Source of the DNA: a virus
DNA length: 64,000 nucleotides
Direction: 5' to 3' (one strand)
Virus record (IMG/VR): IMGVR_UViG_3300047510_001668
Location: 113,879 to 177,878 of that record
Numbering within the stretch: the stretch's first letter is position 1; each line of letters starts with the position of its first letter. The position numbers were made by a program, and so were the translations under genes. Shown here piece by piece: positions 36,173 to 45,558 of the stretch. Below the pieces are notes generated by a model, which was given only the letters and a program-made list of their open reading frames with translations, was not told where the DNA came from and made no database searches.

Positions 36173-37885
36173 TTAGACAATCACCGAGAAATTCTGACGT
36201 TTGGTGAACTTCACCACATGATTGAACTTATCAAACAACTGGTCACCTTTATGTGAAATCACCCAAACATTGGTGCCATCTCCCAATGTGTTCAACAACG
36301 TCATCACATAATCCGTGGCACTATTATCTAAGCTACTATCAAACACCTCATCAAGAATAAGCAGATTAGTACTAGCACTATTCTTAAGCTTAGCGATTGT
36401 GCGCCACGTAAACAGAAGCGCCAAATCAATTCTTTGTTTCTCGCCTTCACTAAAGCTTTCATAACTAAAATCATCCCGATAACGTGATTTAATAACCTCA
36501 TCGAATTTCTCATCTAATGTGAATTGGACAAAGAAGTCCATGGATGTCAGAAACTTATTGACGAGTTTATTTATAGCCGGGAGATACTGCCTAATAATCT
36601 TGGTCTTGATACCAGAGTCTTTCAACAAGATGCCAGCAATATCATAGTAATCACTGAGTTCATTCAATTCACTGCGTTCCTTCACCACACCTAATGTATC
36701 CTTGGCTAGGTCTTTCAACTTGGCCTTTTCCACATCAATGTTTCCCACCTTCTGGCTGACATCCGCCTTCTCCAATTCCAATCGTTGAATGAACCGTTCC
36801 GTGGATGCTAGTTCAGATTTCACTCCGGAAATCTCCTCATTCAACTGAGTGATTTCTTTGTTGATGGTGGCAATCACTGTCAAACGCTCCTGGAGCATCA
36901 TCTTCTGGTCTTCAATCTGTTCAATGTTATTTTGCACCTTCTTCAAATCACCTGACCGTTCATCAATGATGTCCTTCTTGAAATCATGTTCAATGCCTTG
37001 CTTACACTTGGGACAGGTGTCATTGTTATGATAGAAGGAAATTTCTTTTTCTATAGATGTGGCTGTTAATTCAAATTCTCGGACTTGCCGTAGGATTTCG
37101 GAAACAGCTTCATTAACACTAGATGCATCCCCAATGCTGTTAAAATGATTATTTCTTCTATCATCAAGATGAAGTAACATATTCCGTTTATTATGGACTT
37201 CATTGCCAGCCTCCTGAATTTTCACCTCGATGTCAGCAATTCGTGCGTCACGATCCTCTTCCAACGTCTTGATGTAATCTTGCTGAATCTCGGCTTTGTT
37301 TTTTGCCAGTGCAATTTTATGTTCCACATCCGTCATCTTCACTTTCAATTCTGTTATCTTTTCTTTCAACACCAGATTCATGGATGTGAAAATCTTGATG
37401 TCCAGAATATCTTCAATCACCTCACGCCGAGCAGCAGCTGGCAGTTGCATGAATGGTGTAAATGATGCTGAACCCAAAATCACAATCTGTGTAAATGACT
37501 TGAAGTTCAATTTCAGAATGTTTTCTTCCAGATACTTCTGATAATCTCGGCTGGCAGCATCCTGATTCAACAGATTGCCATCCACCCAAATCTCAAACAC
37601 GGCAGGCTTGATGCCTCGGATAATCTTGTAATTCTTGTTGCCAATATAAAATTCAATTTCCACCATACAGTTCTTGCCATTGATGGTGTTCACCAACTGA
37701 GGCTTGTTGATGTTACGATAGGGCTTGCCAAACAAAGCAAAACAAATGGCGTCCAACAACGTGCTTTTACCACTGCCATTTTCACCCACAATCAATGTAG
37801 TGGGGCGAACATCCAACTGCAATTCTGTATAGGCATTTCCTGTGGACAGGAAATTACGCCATCGAACTTTCTTGAAATGAATCAT
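36173..37885 (-). CDS. gp46: Recombination ATPase (gp46, SbcC/Rad50-like)
   Basis: GENGSGKS, CPKC hook, FSEGEK signature, ILDEVFD. Confidence 0.95.
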   Translation of the reverse strand: MIHFKKVRWRNFLSTGNAYTELQLDVRPTTLIVGENGSGKSTLLDAICFALFGKPYRNINKPQLVNTINGKNCMVEIEFYIGNKNYKIIRGIKPAVFEIWVDGNLLNQDAASRDYQKYLEENILKLNFKSFTQIVILGSASFTPFMQLPAAARREVIEDILDIKIFTSMNLVLKEKITELKVKMTDVEHKIALAKNKAEIQQDYIKTLEEDRDARIADIEVKIQEAGNEVHNKRNMLLHLDDRRNNHFNSIGDASSVNEAVSEILRQVREFELTATSIEKEISFYHNNDTCPKCKQGIEHDFKKDIIDERSGDLKKVQNNIEQIEDQKMMLQERLTVIATINKEITQLNEEISGVKSELASTERFIQRLELEKADVSQKVGNIDVEKAKLKDLAKDTLGVVKERSELNELSDYYDIAGILLKDSGIKTKIIRQYLPAINKLVNKFLTSMDFFVQFTLDEKFDEVIKSRYRDDFSYESFSEGEKQRIDLALLFTWRTIAKLKNSASTNLLILDEVFDSSLDNSATDYVMTLLNTLGDGTNVWVISHKGDQLFDKFNHVVKFTKRQNFSVIV

Positions 37886-38925
37886 ATCTCTAGATTTTGT
37901 GCCTCAACATACAATGTTTTCAGCAACGTTTTCAATCGTTCTTTATCCTTTTCTGATTCCACTGAGTCCACATATTCAGATAACAATGTCATGGTATCTT
38001 CAATGTTCACTGCTTCACTTTCCAATGCTTCAGATTCAAACTCAGAAAAATCTTCATGGACGGTCAATTCAATCACTTCATTAATATACAAGGCATCCAA
38101 CAGTTTGTCAAATCTTTGATAGTCATTTTTATGAACGACTATCACCTTTACGCAACACTTCTTGTAGGCAGAAGCATCCACCGTGGGCTTTCTGTCATCA
38201 TAGTAAATCTTATGAAAGATGCGATTGGGATTGGGAATGAATGTAAGTTCCTTGGTCACGGTGTCCAGAATGTGAAATCCTCGAACATCCTCGAAATCAC
38301 TCCAAATCATTTCATAGGGACTGCCTAGATAGTACACATTATCATCTGTGCTTCTGTGATGAAAATGGCCGGTCAACACCATGTCATAATGTGACACCAG
38401 TTCACGATCCATCCCACCTTCATTGGTGGCACCACGAAACATATCAAATCCAGAAATTTCAAAATGCCCAAGACCAATTCCCCGATGGCGCTTCAGAAAG
38501 TCCATGGTGGCATCATGATTGTCTGGACACACCCAAGGAATGAAACTGAAATCTTGCCCACCAAAATTCATCTCAGCACATTTCTGGATGATATGGATGT
38601 TCTCATATTCACGAAGTAGCAAATCAATGCTGTTCACTTCATTGGTGTTCTTGTAATAGGTGTCGTGATTGCCAGGAATCACGTACATGTCTGCACCTAA
38701 TTCTGCTAAAGGACCAAAGAAATAATTTTTGCAAGAGCGAAGTGTGGCAAAATTAATATACTTGCGCCTATCAAAAACATCACCCAAGTGGAAAACTGTT
38801 TTGATATTGTGTTCAGTAATATAGGGAAAGAATGTTTCATCATAGAATTTCCTGAAGTAGGCATCGAAATGTTGTGAATCATTTCGTGCACCAAAATGTG
38901 TATCAGTTAAAATGGCGATTTTCAT
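37882..38925 (-). CDS. gp47: Recombination nuclease (gp47, SbcD/Mre11-like)
   Basis: DTHFG, GDVFD, GNHD, GHFH. Confidence 0.95.
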   Translation of the reverse strand: MKIAILTDTHFGARNDSQHFDAYFRKFYDETFFPYITEHNIKTVFHLGDVFDRRKYINFATLRSCKNYFFGPLAELGADMYVIPGNHDTYYKNTNEVNSIDLLLREYENIHIIQKCAEMNFGGQDFSFIPWVCPDNHDATMDFLKRHRGIGLGHFEISGFDMFRGATNEGGMDRELVSHYDMVLTGHFHHRSTDDNVYYLGSPYEMIWSDFEDVRGFHILDTVTKELTFIPNPNRIFHKIYYDDRKPTVDASAYKKCCVKVIVVHKNDYQRFDKLLDALYINEVIELTVHEDFSEFESEALESEAVNIEDTMTLLSEYVDSVESEKDKERLKTLLKTLYVEAQNLEI

Positions 38926-39152
38926 AGCTCATCGAATGGCGTGTGATAGGCAATCAACAACTTACACGCCTCAATATGCTTTTCAATATCCACAATGTCC
39001 TGTTCCAGGTCCGTGGTGAATACATCACCCCGACCCAACTTCTTCACCCGCTCTAAGCTTTCAATGAAGCCTTCTAAATTGTTTTTAAGTTCTTGGGCTA
39101 CAATGTTGTCCACCGTGTCCCAATCCAATTCCACTGTGAATTTTCTTGACAT
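38922..39152 (-). CDS. Small hypothetical protein
   Basis: 76-aa ORF, ATGA overlap with gp47. Confidence 0.6.
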   Translation of the reverse strand: MSRKFTVELDWDTVDNIVAQELKNNLEGFIESLERVKKLGRGDVFTTDLEQDIVDIEKHIEACKLLIAYHTPFDEL

Positions 39153-39155
39153 GAT

Positions 39156-39605
39156 TTATCCCTCGTAGATGGCAGAGTTGCTTCCATGTTCAAACACTTC
39201 CACACTCTTTAAACGAACACGATTCTTTGACATGGATAATACTTGTGGAGCAATATCAGTGTAAACAATCTCAGCAAACTTTTCACACCCGACACCTGTG
39301 AATATGCGAAGTGTTAATATACCTGCGTCATCCATCTGCTTGAACAATGACAGATGTGGGTCATCTGCTGCCACAGCAGTTGTATGGTCAAAGGCTTCTT
39401 CCAGATACATCTTGATCCACTTGGTATCACCGAAATCATATACCCAATTTCTTTCATCCAATGTATCTGCTTCGAAAATGAAACGAAATCCCAAGCTGTA
39501 TCCATGTACTTGATTACAATGGGATGTGGCACGCCACTGACGAAAGGCGCAACTCAATCCACGGTCATTGCCAAATGTCTTTGTTGAATAGTACTTCATG
39601 GTCAC
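39156..39605 (-). CDS. queD: 6-carboxy-5,6,7,8-tetrahydropterin synthase
   Basis: HCNQVHGYS, WVYDFG, AFDHT, CEKFA, VFEHGSNSAIY. Confidence 0.88.
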   Translation of the reverse strand: MTMKYYSTKTFGNDRGLSCAFRQWRATSHCNQVHGYSLGFRFIFEADTLDERNWVYDFGDTKWIKMYLEEAFDHTTAVAADDPHLSLFKQMDDAGILTLRIFTGVGCEKFAEIVYTDIAPQVLSMSKNRVRLKSVEVFEHGSNSAIYEG

Positions 39606-40621
39606 CTCGCAAGATAAGAGTACATAACATCAGCATTCAGATACTTCAAAGCCAGAATCCCTCTTTGACGCTCCATCAAACTTTCATAACTATCATAATT
39701 ATCTATCTTGTCCTGAATGAAATCTTTCAGTTCCTGTTTGTGAAGTTGAAAGTTGTCCCAACTGTTGGTCCACTCAGAAGGATACTTGAAAGGCTTCAGA
39801 TACATTTCAGCATAACTACATCTGTCCGGTACAATCGGGATGGCACCAGCCAAACATCCTTCCATCATACTGATGCCTAGATTCTCATGCAAAGCACAAC
39901 TGAACACCGCCTTGCTGGTTCCCAACAAATGATAATAATCTTCTTTCACCAAGTTCAATTTCTGTGAAATCACCACATCCAGTTGTTCAGCAATCTCTGG
40001 CTGTTTGTCAGCATTGTATCTGTGAGGCCAAATCACCTTGTTCTCTTTAGGAAAGTTGATGTACTTGGCCATGTCCACACTCATTATCTTATGTGGTTGT
40101 CCTGATAGAATTGCCTTTCTGTGATGTTCAGGTGTGATGTTCAGGTTGTTCAGGAACATCTGACGATGAAACTCTGTAGCGAAATAGTTGTAATCACAGG
40201 CATGATACCAACTTCTTTCTGCATGATTGGCTGATTCACCTTTCATCTTCATGCCCAAGATGTCTGTGGGGTCATAGGCACCTGCATGCCAGATGCCATG
40301 AATCTCCACAGGAATCTCCAGCAAGTCACTCATGTATCTGATGGCAGTGATGGCAAAGTTCCAGGCATCTGTGACCAGAAACTTGTCACCTGGCTTCACT
40401 TGATTCATCATGAACAAATCAGCAATCTGTTTCACTTGTGATGCCTTGTACTTGTTGGTGAAGGCAAAGTTCAAAAAGGCACCTGAAGTGGTTCCAGAAT
40501 CCACGGGGTCACCAATGGTTCTGTTCGCCAAACCGCGACGGTCCAGGTCCTTGGGAATGTTGTGATACCATTGTTTGGTGTAGCGTTGGTCAATGGGTTC
40601 AATAGGGATGATGAAAATCAT
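39602..40621 (-). CDS. GT-B (GT4-like) glycosyltransferase
   Basis: WPHR...KQPE and the E-x7-E motif HENLGISMMEG, followed by GAIPIVPDRCSY. Confidence 0.8.
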   Translation of the reverse strand: MIFIIPIEPIDQRYTKQWYHNIPKDLDRRGLANRTIGDPVDSGTTSGAFLNFAFTNKYKASQVKQIADLFMMNQVKPGDKFLVTDAWNFAITAIRYMSDLLEIPVEIHGIWHAGAYDPTDILGMKMKGESANHAERSWYHACDYNYFATEFHRQMFLNNLNITPEHHRKAILSGQPHKIMSVDMAKYINFPKENKVIWPHRYNADKQPEIAEQLDVVISQKLNLVKEDYYHLLGTSKAVFSCALHENLGISMMEGCLAGAIPIVPDRCSYAEMYLKPFKYPSEWTNSWDNFQLHKQELKDFIQDKIDNYDSYESLMERQRGILALKYLNADVMYSYLAR

Positions 40622-41019
40622 ACGGCAGGTACCAAAGTAACAGTGGGTGTGATGAACGGCTTGTAAATCAAAATGGCGCCATTCTCACCATCTTCACTAA
40701 CACCTGCCTCTATCACACGACCAGGATAATTCTTTTTGATGTATTCAATCAAATCCTCAGCAATCATTTCACAACTCTTGTGATCCAATTGGAGTAAGTT
40801 TTCACTATATAAAGCTTCCAGTTCACGTTTGAACATGATGAATTCAATATCTCGGTCATTGTGTGTCACTGCCACACGAACACGGAAATGAAACATATGG
40901 CGGTGAGGATATCCTAGAAAACTCACGGAACACAATTTAGGGTCTTCCAAAGCAGCGGGATACTTGTGAACCCCTTCTCGTTGGAATGTGACTTCAATAT
41001 ATCGTTCTATAGTTTCCAT
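40618..41019 (-). CDS. Second QueD-like T-fold protein (DpdL-like candidate)
   Basis: GVHKYP...HRHMFHFRV...HNDRDIEFI...SCEMIAE...VSEDGENG: His-triad T-fold pattern. Confidence 0.6.
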   Translation of the reverse strand: METIERYIEVTFQREGVHKYPAALEDPKLCSVSFLGYPHRHMFHFRVRVAVTHNDRDIEFIMFKRELEALYSENLLQLDHKSCEMIAEDLIEYIKKNYPGRVIEAGVSEDGENGAILIYKPFITPTVTLVPAV

Positions 41020-42323
41020 TAGAAATCCTCCGGAAGGCTTGCGGGTTGACCATCTTCAATAGGTGTGCTATCCAAACTTGAACCTGCATGTTGCAACCAG
41101 TACTCGAAATCTTGTCGAGACTTCACACTTCTCATGGCATCAATGGTGGAGTAGGTTAACGCATCCACCAATCCATGAGCCTTAGAGAAATCATTGGACA
41201 CAGTTTCCACATGACGTATAAAGTTCATGGTGCTCCCCACAAAGTAGGCACTGAATGCCTCTAATGGTGGGAGAAAGTTTCCATTGTGCAACTTCTGATA
41301 GGCACGAACTGGAATGTTCATGGCTTCCATGAAGAAGTCATCATCTACAATGTAGTCTTTAACATACTTTCTGACATCACTATTGATGAAACTGTAATCT
41401 TCTGCACCTTGACCACCATTCTCTGTCTGATAATTGTTTTCATCATCACGAAACAATCTGCCTGGTGTGATCCACTTGAAGTCTGGTCCATAATATCGAC
41501 CCATCTGCACACCTGATGTATGAGTGGTGCTGTCATAGCTCACCAAGGTGTTCTGATACACATCATGATGTTGCATGGCAATCACAGGAAGCAATCTGGA
41601 CACCGACCCGACACCCAACAAATGGAAGTGATGTGTGGTCTTGGACAATGGCAGTTGTGTATAATAGAATGCTCTCTTGCAATCTTCCAGTGTGCCAGTA
41701 CCTAGTGCCACAGCTCCCAATGCCACACCACCAATGAACTCATGAAGTTCCTTGGGAATTTCTTCCAAGGCCAGTTCTGTCCAACGAACATAGCTATCCA
41801 AATCATTGCCTTGTGCAATGAAGAAAGGTCTTGCCTTGGATCCCATCTTGATGAAAGTCTCAATCTGGTCACGAATGTTCTTGCCTGATTCTCTGGCACA
41901 CCATTCAAACTTGCTTCTGTCGAAATACTTGCTGCTGGTGTCTGACCTGGAGGACCTGGCGGACTTCAATGACACAGGAATCTCATCAAAGCTCATGGCA
42001 CAATCTGAATAGTTGCCTTGATTGGTGTACACTTCCTGCTTCAATTGTGGCGTGATGGTCTTGCCCAGAGTAATCATCTGAAGACCACCTGAGTCGGCGT
42101 AAATCTGATTCACACCTTTGCCACGATACACATCACGAAAGAATTCACCAAACTCCTTTTCAATGAAAGCATTGTACAGAAAGGAGAATTCATGGTTGTG
42201 TTGTCCACGAAGCAATGCCCACAAATCATTCAATCTGTTGGCGGTATCACCACTATGGGACTCCTTGAATCGAACACGGAGAAAGGATAATCCTGATGCC
42301 ACATATTCAAATTTCATAATCAA
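41019..42323 (-). CDS. dpdA: Divergent tRNA-guanine-transglycosylase-fold protein (DpdA-like deazaguanine inserting enzyme)
   Basis: YADSGGLQ, SFDEIP, IAQG, GGVALG, HLLGVG and SYDSTT motifs; located in a que gene cluster. Confidence 0.8.
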   Translation of the reverse strand: MIMKFEYVASGLSFLRVRFKESHSGDTANRLNDLWALLRGQHNHEFSFLYNAFIEKEFGEFFRDVYRGKGVNQIYADSGGLQMITLGKTITPQLKQEVYTNQGNYSDCAMSFDEIPVSLKSARSSRSDTSSKYFDRSKFEWCARESGKNIRDQIETFIKMGSKARPFFIAQGNDLDSYVRWTELALEEIPKELHEFIGGVALGAVALGTGTLEDCKRAFYYTQLPLSKTTHHFHLLGVGSVSRLLPVIAMQHHDVYQNTLVSYDSTTHTSGVQMGRYYGPDFKWITPGRLFRDDENNYQTENGGQGAEDYSFINSDVRKYVKDYIVDDDFFMEAMNIPVRAYQKLHNGNFLPPLEAFSAYFVGSTMNFIRHVETVSNDFSKAHGLVDALTYSTIDAMRSVKSRQDFEYWLQHAGSSLDSTPIEDGQPASLPEDF

Positions 42324-42829
42324 CTCTTTAGAATTTTCAGAAGATGTTTGGTTTGATATACAGCATCATCCAAGGCATTATGATAACTACCAGAACGTTC
42401 ATCAAAAGGCATCTGAATGATTTCCTTCATGGTACGATAACATCTATCCATCCAAGGTGTCCAGGGACGATTCATGCCACAGGCCTTGTAGGCGTTGTCC
42501 ATGATGACGTTATCAAAACCTGCTCCACAACCCCATGTTGGGAGCGGCTTGGATCCATACCAGTGTGAAAATTTCACCAAGGCGTCATGAAGGGGAAGAT
42601 TGTCTTTTCTCAACATCTCCAACACTTCACGGGGTTGTTTACTCCACCAACGCACGGTGTCTGCTGAAATGTCCAGACCTAACTTCTTGCAATCAGCGGC
42701 ATCTACGGTGCAGTAGAAGGTGTCCATGATGCCATCATCAATGGTGAACTTCACGGCACCTATGGAACAGATGGCTGCGTTGGATTCCACACTCATGGTC
42801 TCCAGGTCCAACATCACATTCACAGACAT
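42320..42829 (-). CDS. DEDDh 3'-5' exonuclease (RNase AS/DUF5051-like)
   Basis: MLDLETM...AAICSIGAV...WGCGAGFDNVI...HNALDDA. Confidence 0.85.
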   Translation of the reverse strand: MSVNVMLDLETMSVESNAAICSIGAVKFTIDDGIMDTFYCTVDAADCKKLGLDISADTVRWWSKQPREVLEMLRKDNLPLHDALVKFSHWYGSKPLPTWGCGAGFDNVIMDNAYKACGMNRPWTPWMDRCYRTMKEIIQMPFDERSGSYHNALDDAVYQTKHLLKILKS

Positions 42830-42830
42830 A

Positions 42831-43529
42831 TCACTTAATCAGGTTCATGAACTCTGAACGAAGCGCTGGATCTGCCTTGAAAGCACCACCCAACTTGGAT
42901 GTGATGGTTGTGGAGTGTGGGTCTTCCACACCACGCGCTTTCACACAGAAATGCTCGGCGTCAATCACCACTGCCACATCATCTGTCTCCAGAATGAATG
43001 CCAAGGCATGATAGATTTGTTCAGCCAAACGTTCCTGAACTTGAGGACGGCGTGAGAAATATTCCACCACACGATTCAACTTGCTCAATCCCAACACCTT
43101 CTTGCGAGGGATGTAAGCCACGTGAGCATGTCCGTGAATGGTCACGAAATGATGTTCACAACATGATGTGACACCAATGTTCTTCTCCAACACCATCTCA
43201 TCATAGCCCATCTTGTTCTCAATGGCAGTACACTTTGGGAACATGGCAGGATCCAATCCCCAAAACAATTCATTCACGAACATCTTGGCGACACGAGCGG
43301 GACTATCTTGAAGTGAATCATCCTTCAAATCCATGCCTAAAGTTTCCATGATGGCAGTGAAATGTTTTTCAATCTTCTTCACCTTTCTGTCAGCATATTC
43401 ACTGGACTGAATGGTGGGGGTTTCCACTCCTAGTGACACTAGATGCTTGTGCACCTTGGCACCCAGTTCAGGGTCACACTTACCCATGGCAGTACGAATG
43501 GCGCTGGCGTTATAACGTTGTGCTTTCAT
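42831..43529 (-). CDS. folE: GTP cyclohydrolase I
   Basis: DSPARVAKM, CEHHF, GLSKLNR, RRPQVQERL, HFCVKARG; start MKAQRY (longest ORF starts at 43592). Confidence 0.95.
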   Translation of the reverse strand: MKAQRYNASAIRTAMGKCDPELGAKVHKHLVSLGVETPTIQSSEYADRKVKKIEKHFTAIMETLGMDLKDDSLQDSPARVAKMFVNELFWGLDPAMFPKCTAIENKMGYDEMVLEKNIGVTSCCEHHFVTIHGHAHVAYIPRKKVLGLSKLNRVVEYFSRRPQVQERLAEQIYHALAFILETDDVAVVIDAEHFCVKARGVEDPHSTTITSKLGGAFKADPALRSEFMNLIK

Positions 43530-43530
43530 A

Positions 43531-44430
43531 TTATCTCCCGATGATGTTTCCAAAGACGTAACATTGATTTCGTGTGGCGACATTGAATCCACGATTCATG
43601 GCCTCAACACACAAGTTTGCAATATCAGGATGTTCTTGAGCATCCTTTGTGGCACCCACAGGCATCACCCAAACCTGTGGCATGAATTGCCCACATAGTA
43701 ATCTAATACGATCCAACTGATGGTCAAGCTCTTTCCAACATTCAATTGTACCATTGCACACAAACTTCAATACACTTGTGGAAAGGCTGAATGTGTAATC
43801 CCGAATCACATCTGGATTGATGGCATTTTCTTCACCGGACACATTGAACAACTTGGGACTCATGGCCCAATGCCACCTGTATCCCCCAAACTGACGAAAA
43901 TCCTGAGCGATGAATTGTTTCAACTCATCAGACATTTTGGTTGTGGCATTAGTTTCAATGGTAACAATTCTGGGCATGTTTCCCATGTGAGCCATTTGCG
44001 TTAGAATTGCCACTATGGCTTTCTGCTGCAACATGGGTTCACCACCAGTGAAACACACCATGACATCTTGTTGAGTCTTGGGATGTAGGAACAATCCTTC
44101 AGGATTATGTTCACTCTTGTTGGCGTCAATCAACCGCTGTGCCACTTCTGCGGGAGAGCCATCATGTGCCAGATGCTTGTATAGTTGTGACCAGGAATAG
44201 GATGAGTCACACCCATATTGCCACACAGGAAGTTCTGCCACTGACTTCACAGAATCCACATTGAATTCCTTGTAGGGAAGAACATATGTGGATGGGTCAG
44301 TGGGATTCTGTTGTCCAAATCCATGACAATTTAAATTACATCCAAAGAAACGTAACCAAACAGAAGGCACACCTGCCAGTTCTGCTTCACCTTGGAACGA
44401 ATAGAATATTTCTGAATACCGAATTCTCAT
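43531..44430 (-). CDS. queE: 7-carboxy-7-deazaguanine synthase (radical SAM)
   Basis: EIFYSFQGE...RFFGCNLNC...CDS, TGGEPMLQ, TIETN, SPKL. Confidence 0.9.
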   Translation of the reverse strand: MRIRYSEIFYSFQGEAELAGVPSVWLRFFGCNLNCHGFGQQNPTDPSTYVLPYKEFNVDSVKSVAELPVWQYGCDSSYSWSQLYKHLAHDGSPAEVAQRLIDANKSEHNPEGLFLHPKTQQDVMVCFTGGEPMLQQKAIVAILTQMAHMGNMPRIVTIETNATTKMSDELKQFIAQDFRQFGGYRWHWAMSPKLFNVSGEENAINPDVIRDYTFSLSTSVLKFVCNGTIECWKELDHQLDRIRLLCGQFMPQVWVMPVGATKDAQEHPDIANLCVEAMNRGFNVATRNQCYVFGNIIGR

Positions 44431-44454
44431 AAACACCTCACAGGTAGTACTAAT

Positions 44455-44483
44455 AGTATAATCATTATTTAGGAACTTGTCAA
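44455..44483 (-). promoter_or_regulatory. sigma70-type promoter of the deazaguanine operon
   Basis: TTGACA-N17-TATACT followed by a GAGGTG RBS. Confidence 0.85.
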
Positions 44484-44486
44484 CTT

Positions 44487-45119
44487 CTACTCGTATTCAA
44501 TTTCTCCCATTTCCACGCTTTCATTCACTTGAAGCACATCAATATGGTGAGATTCATCTAAACCATTTTCATCATCCAATTTCTGAAGATACTTGGGTTT
44601 TCTGGTCATCTTCTTGTCTTTCTTGGCTTCATGAAGTTCTTGTTGAGCTGTGTCAGCTTGTTGTTTCAGATACTTGATGAAGCCATTATCATAGCTCCCT
44701 TCATCATGTGCTTGTCGAATGATGCCTTCAATATCTAAAGATTCAATGTATCGGTATTTGGTTTGCAGATATTTCTTTTCCTTTTGAATTCTACGCACAA
44801 AGGCGTAGTAGGTGATTTGCGTGAAATAGGCAAAAGGGTTGCTGGACTTCTTGGGATCAAAGTTGTCCATGTAGATGAGGCAATTCTCAATGGCATCCAG
44901 AATCATATCTTCTCGGAAGCTGTAATTGATGAAATTGCTTTTGTAGGCTAAATGATTGGCAATTTTTATGAAGCAATCACCAATGTAGTCAGGCACCTGA
45001 GGGCGTTCCTCTTCATTCTTTTTCGCCTGATTCACTTCTTTCTTGTAATCAATCAGTGCCTGTAGGAACTGCTTGTTATCTATGTAATGCTTGCTGTTTT
45101 CATCCTTCTTCTTCGCCAT
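44487..45119 (-). CDS. gp55: Late transcription sigma factor (gp55)
   Basis: HYIDNKQF...NFINYSFREDMILDAIEN...NPFAYFTQI...RRIQKEK; start MAKKK (longest ORF starts at 45152). Confidence 0.93.
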   Translation of the reverse strand: MAKKKDENSKHYIDNKQFLQALIDYKKEVNQAKKNEEERPQVPDYIGDCFIKIANHLAYKSNFINYSFREDMILDAIENCLIYMDNFDPKKSSNPFAYFTQITYYAFVRRIQKEKKYLQTKYRYIESLDIEGIIRQAHDEGSYDNGFIKYLKQQADTAQQELHEAKKDKKMTRKPKYLQKLDDENGLDESHHIDVLQVNESVEMGEIEYE

Positions 45120-45558
45120 AGTATTCTCCATAATGTTCATCATCAAGTTCAATGATTCTCAGTTCACCATTGTTCATTTCACGAATCAATTCATCAGCAG
45201 CTTCAGACCTTTCTTCCTGGTCCAGAATTTTCTTTCGTGTTTCTTTGGCTTGAGAAATGTAATTTACATATTGTTGCTTCACTTCTTTCTTCAGGTCACC
45301 GATGGTCAACACCACATCAGTGCTGATGGTGAATTCTTCACCGTCGCTCAATCCCATCCAGGGACGAAGCATGAAACTTTCTCCAATTACATGGTTGCCT
45401 TTTCTCATTTCTTTCATGGGTACCACTTGTACTGGAACATTCAACTGAAGATGTGTTTCTGAGGCAGGAGATTTGATGTCTCTGTCCATGGAACAGAGGA
45501 TGCTTTCTCCTGTTTTCAATCGAACCACTTTGAAATAACCGTCGTGTAAACTATGCAT
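45100..45558 (-). CDS. Sm-like conserved T4-type hypothetical protein
   Basis: VVRLKTGESILC...LRPWM pattern. Confidence 0.65.
   Translation of the reverse strand: MHSLHDGYFKVVRLKTGESILCSMDRDIKSPASETHLQLNVPVQVVPMKEMRKGNHVIGESFMLRPWMGLSDGEEFTISTDVVLTIGDLKKEVKQQYVNYISQAKETRKKILDQEERSEAADELIREMNNGELRIIELDDEHYGEYYGEEEG

Noticed and set aside
41019-42323. Queuosine tRNA modification (host-type tgt) interpretation
   Set aside because: No queC, queF, queA or queG in the window, no C-terminal zinc-site motif typical of bacterial Tgt was recognised, and the sequence is highly divergent. A DNA- or nucleotide-directed role is more parsimonious, though unproven.
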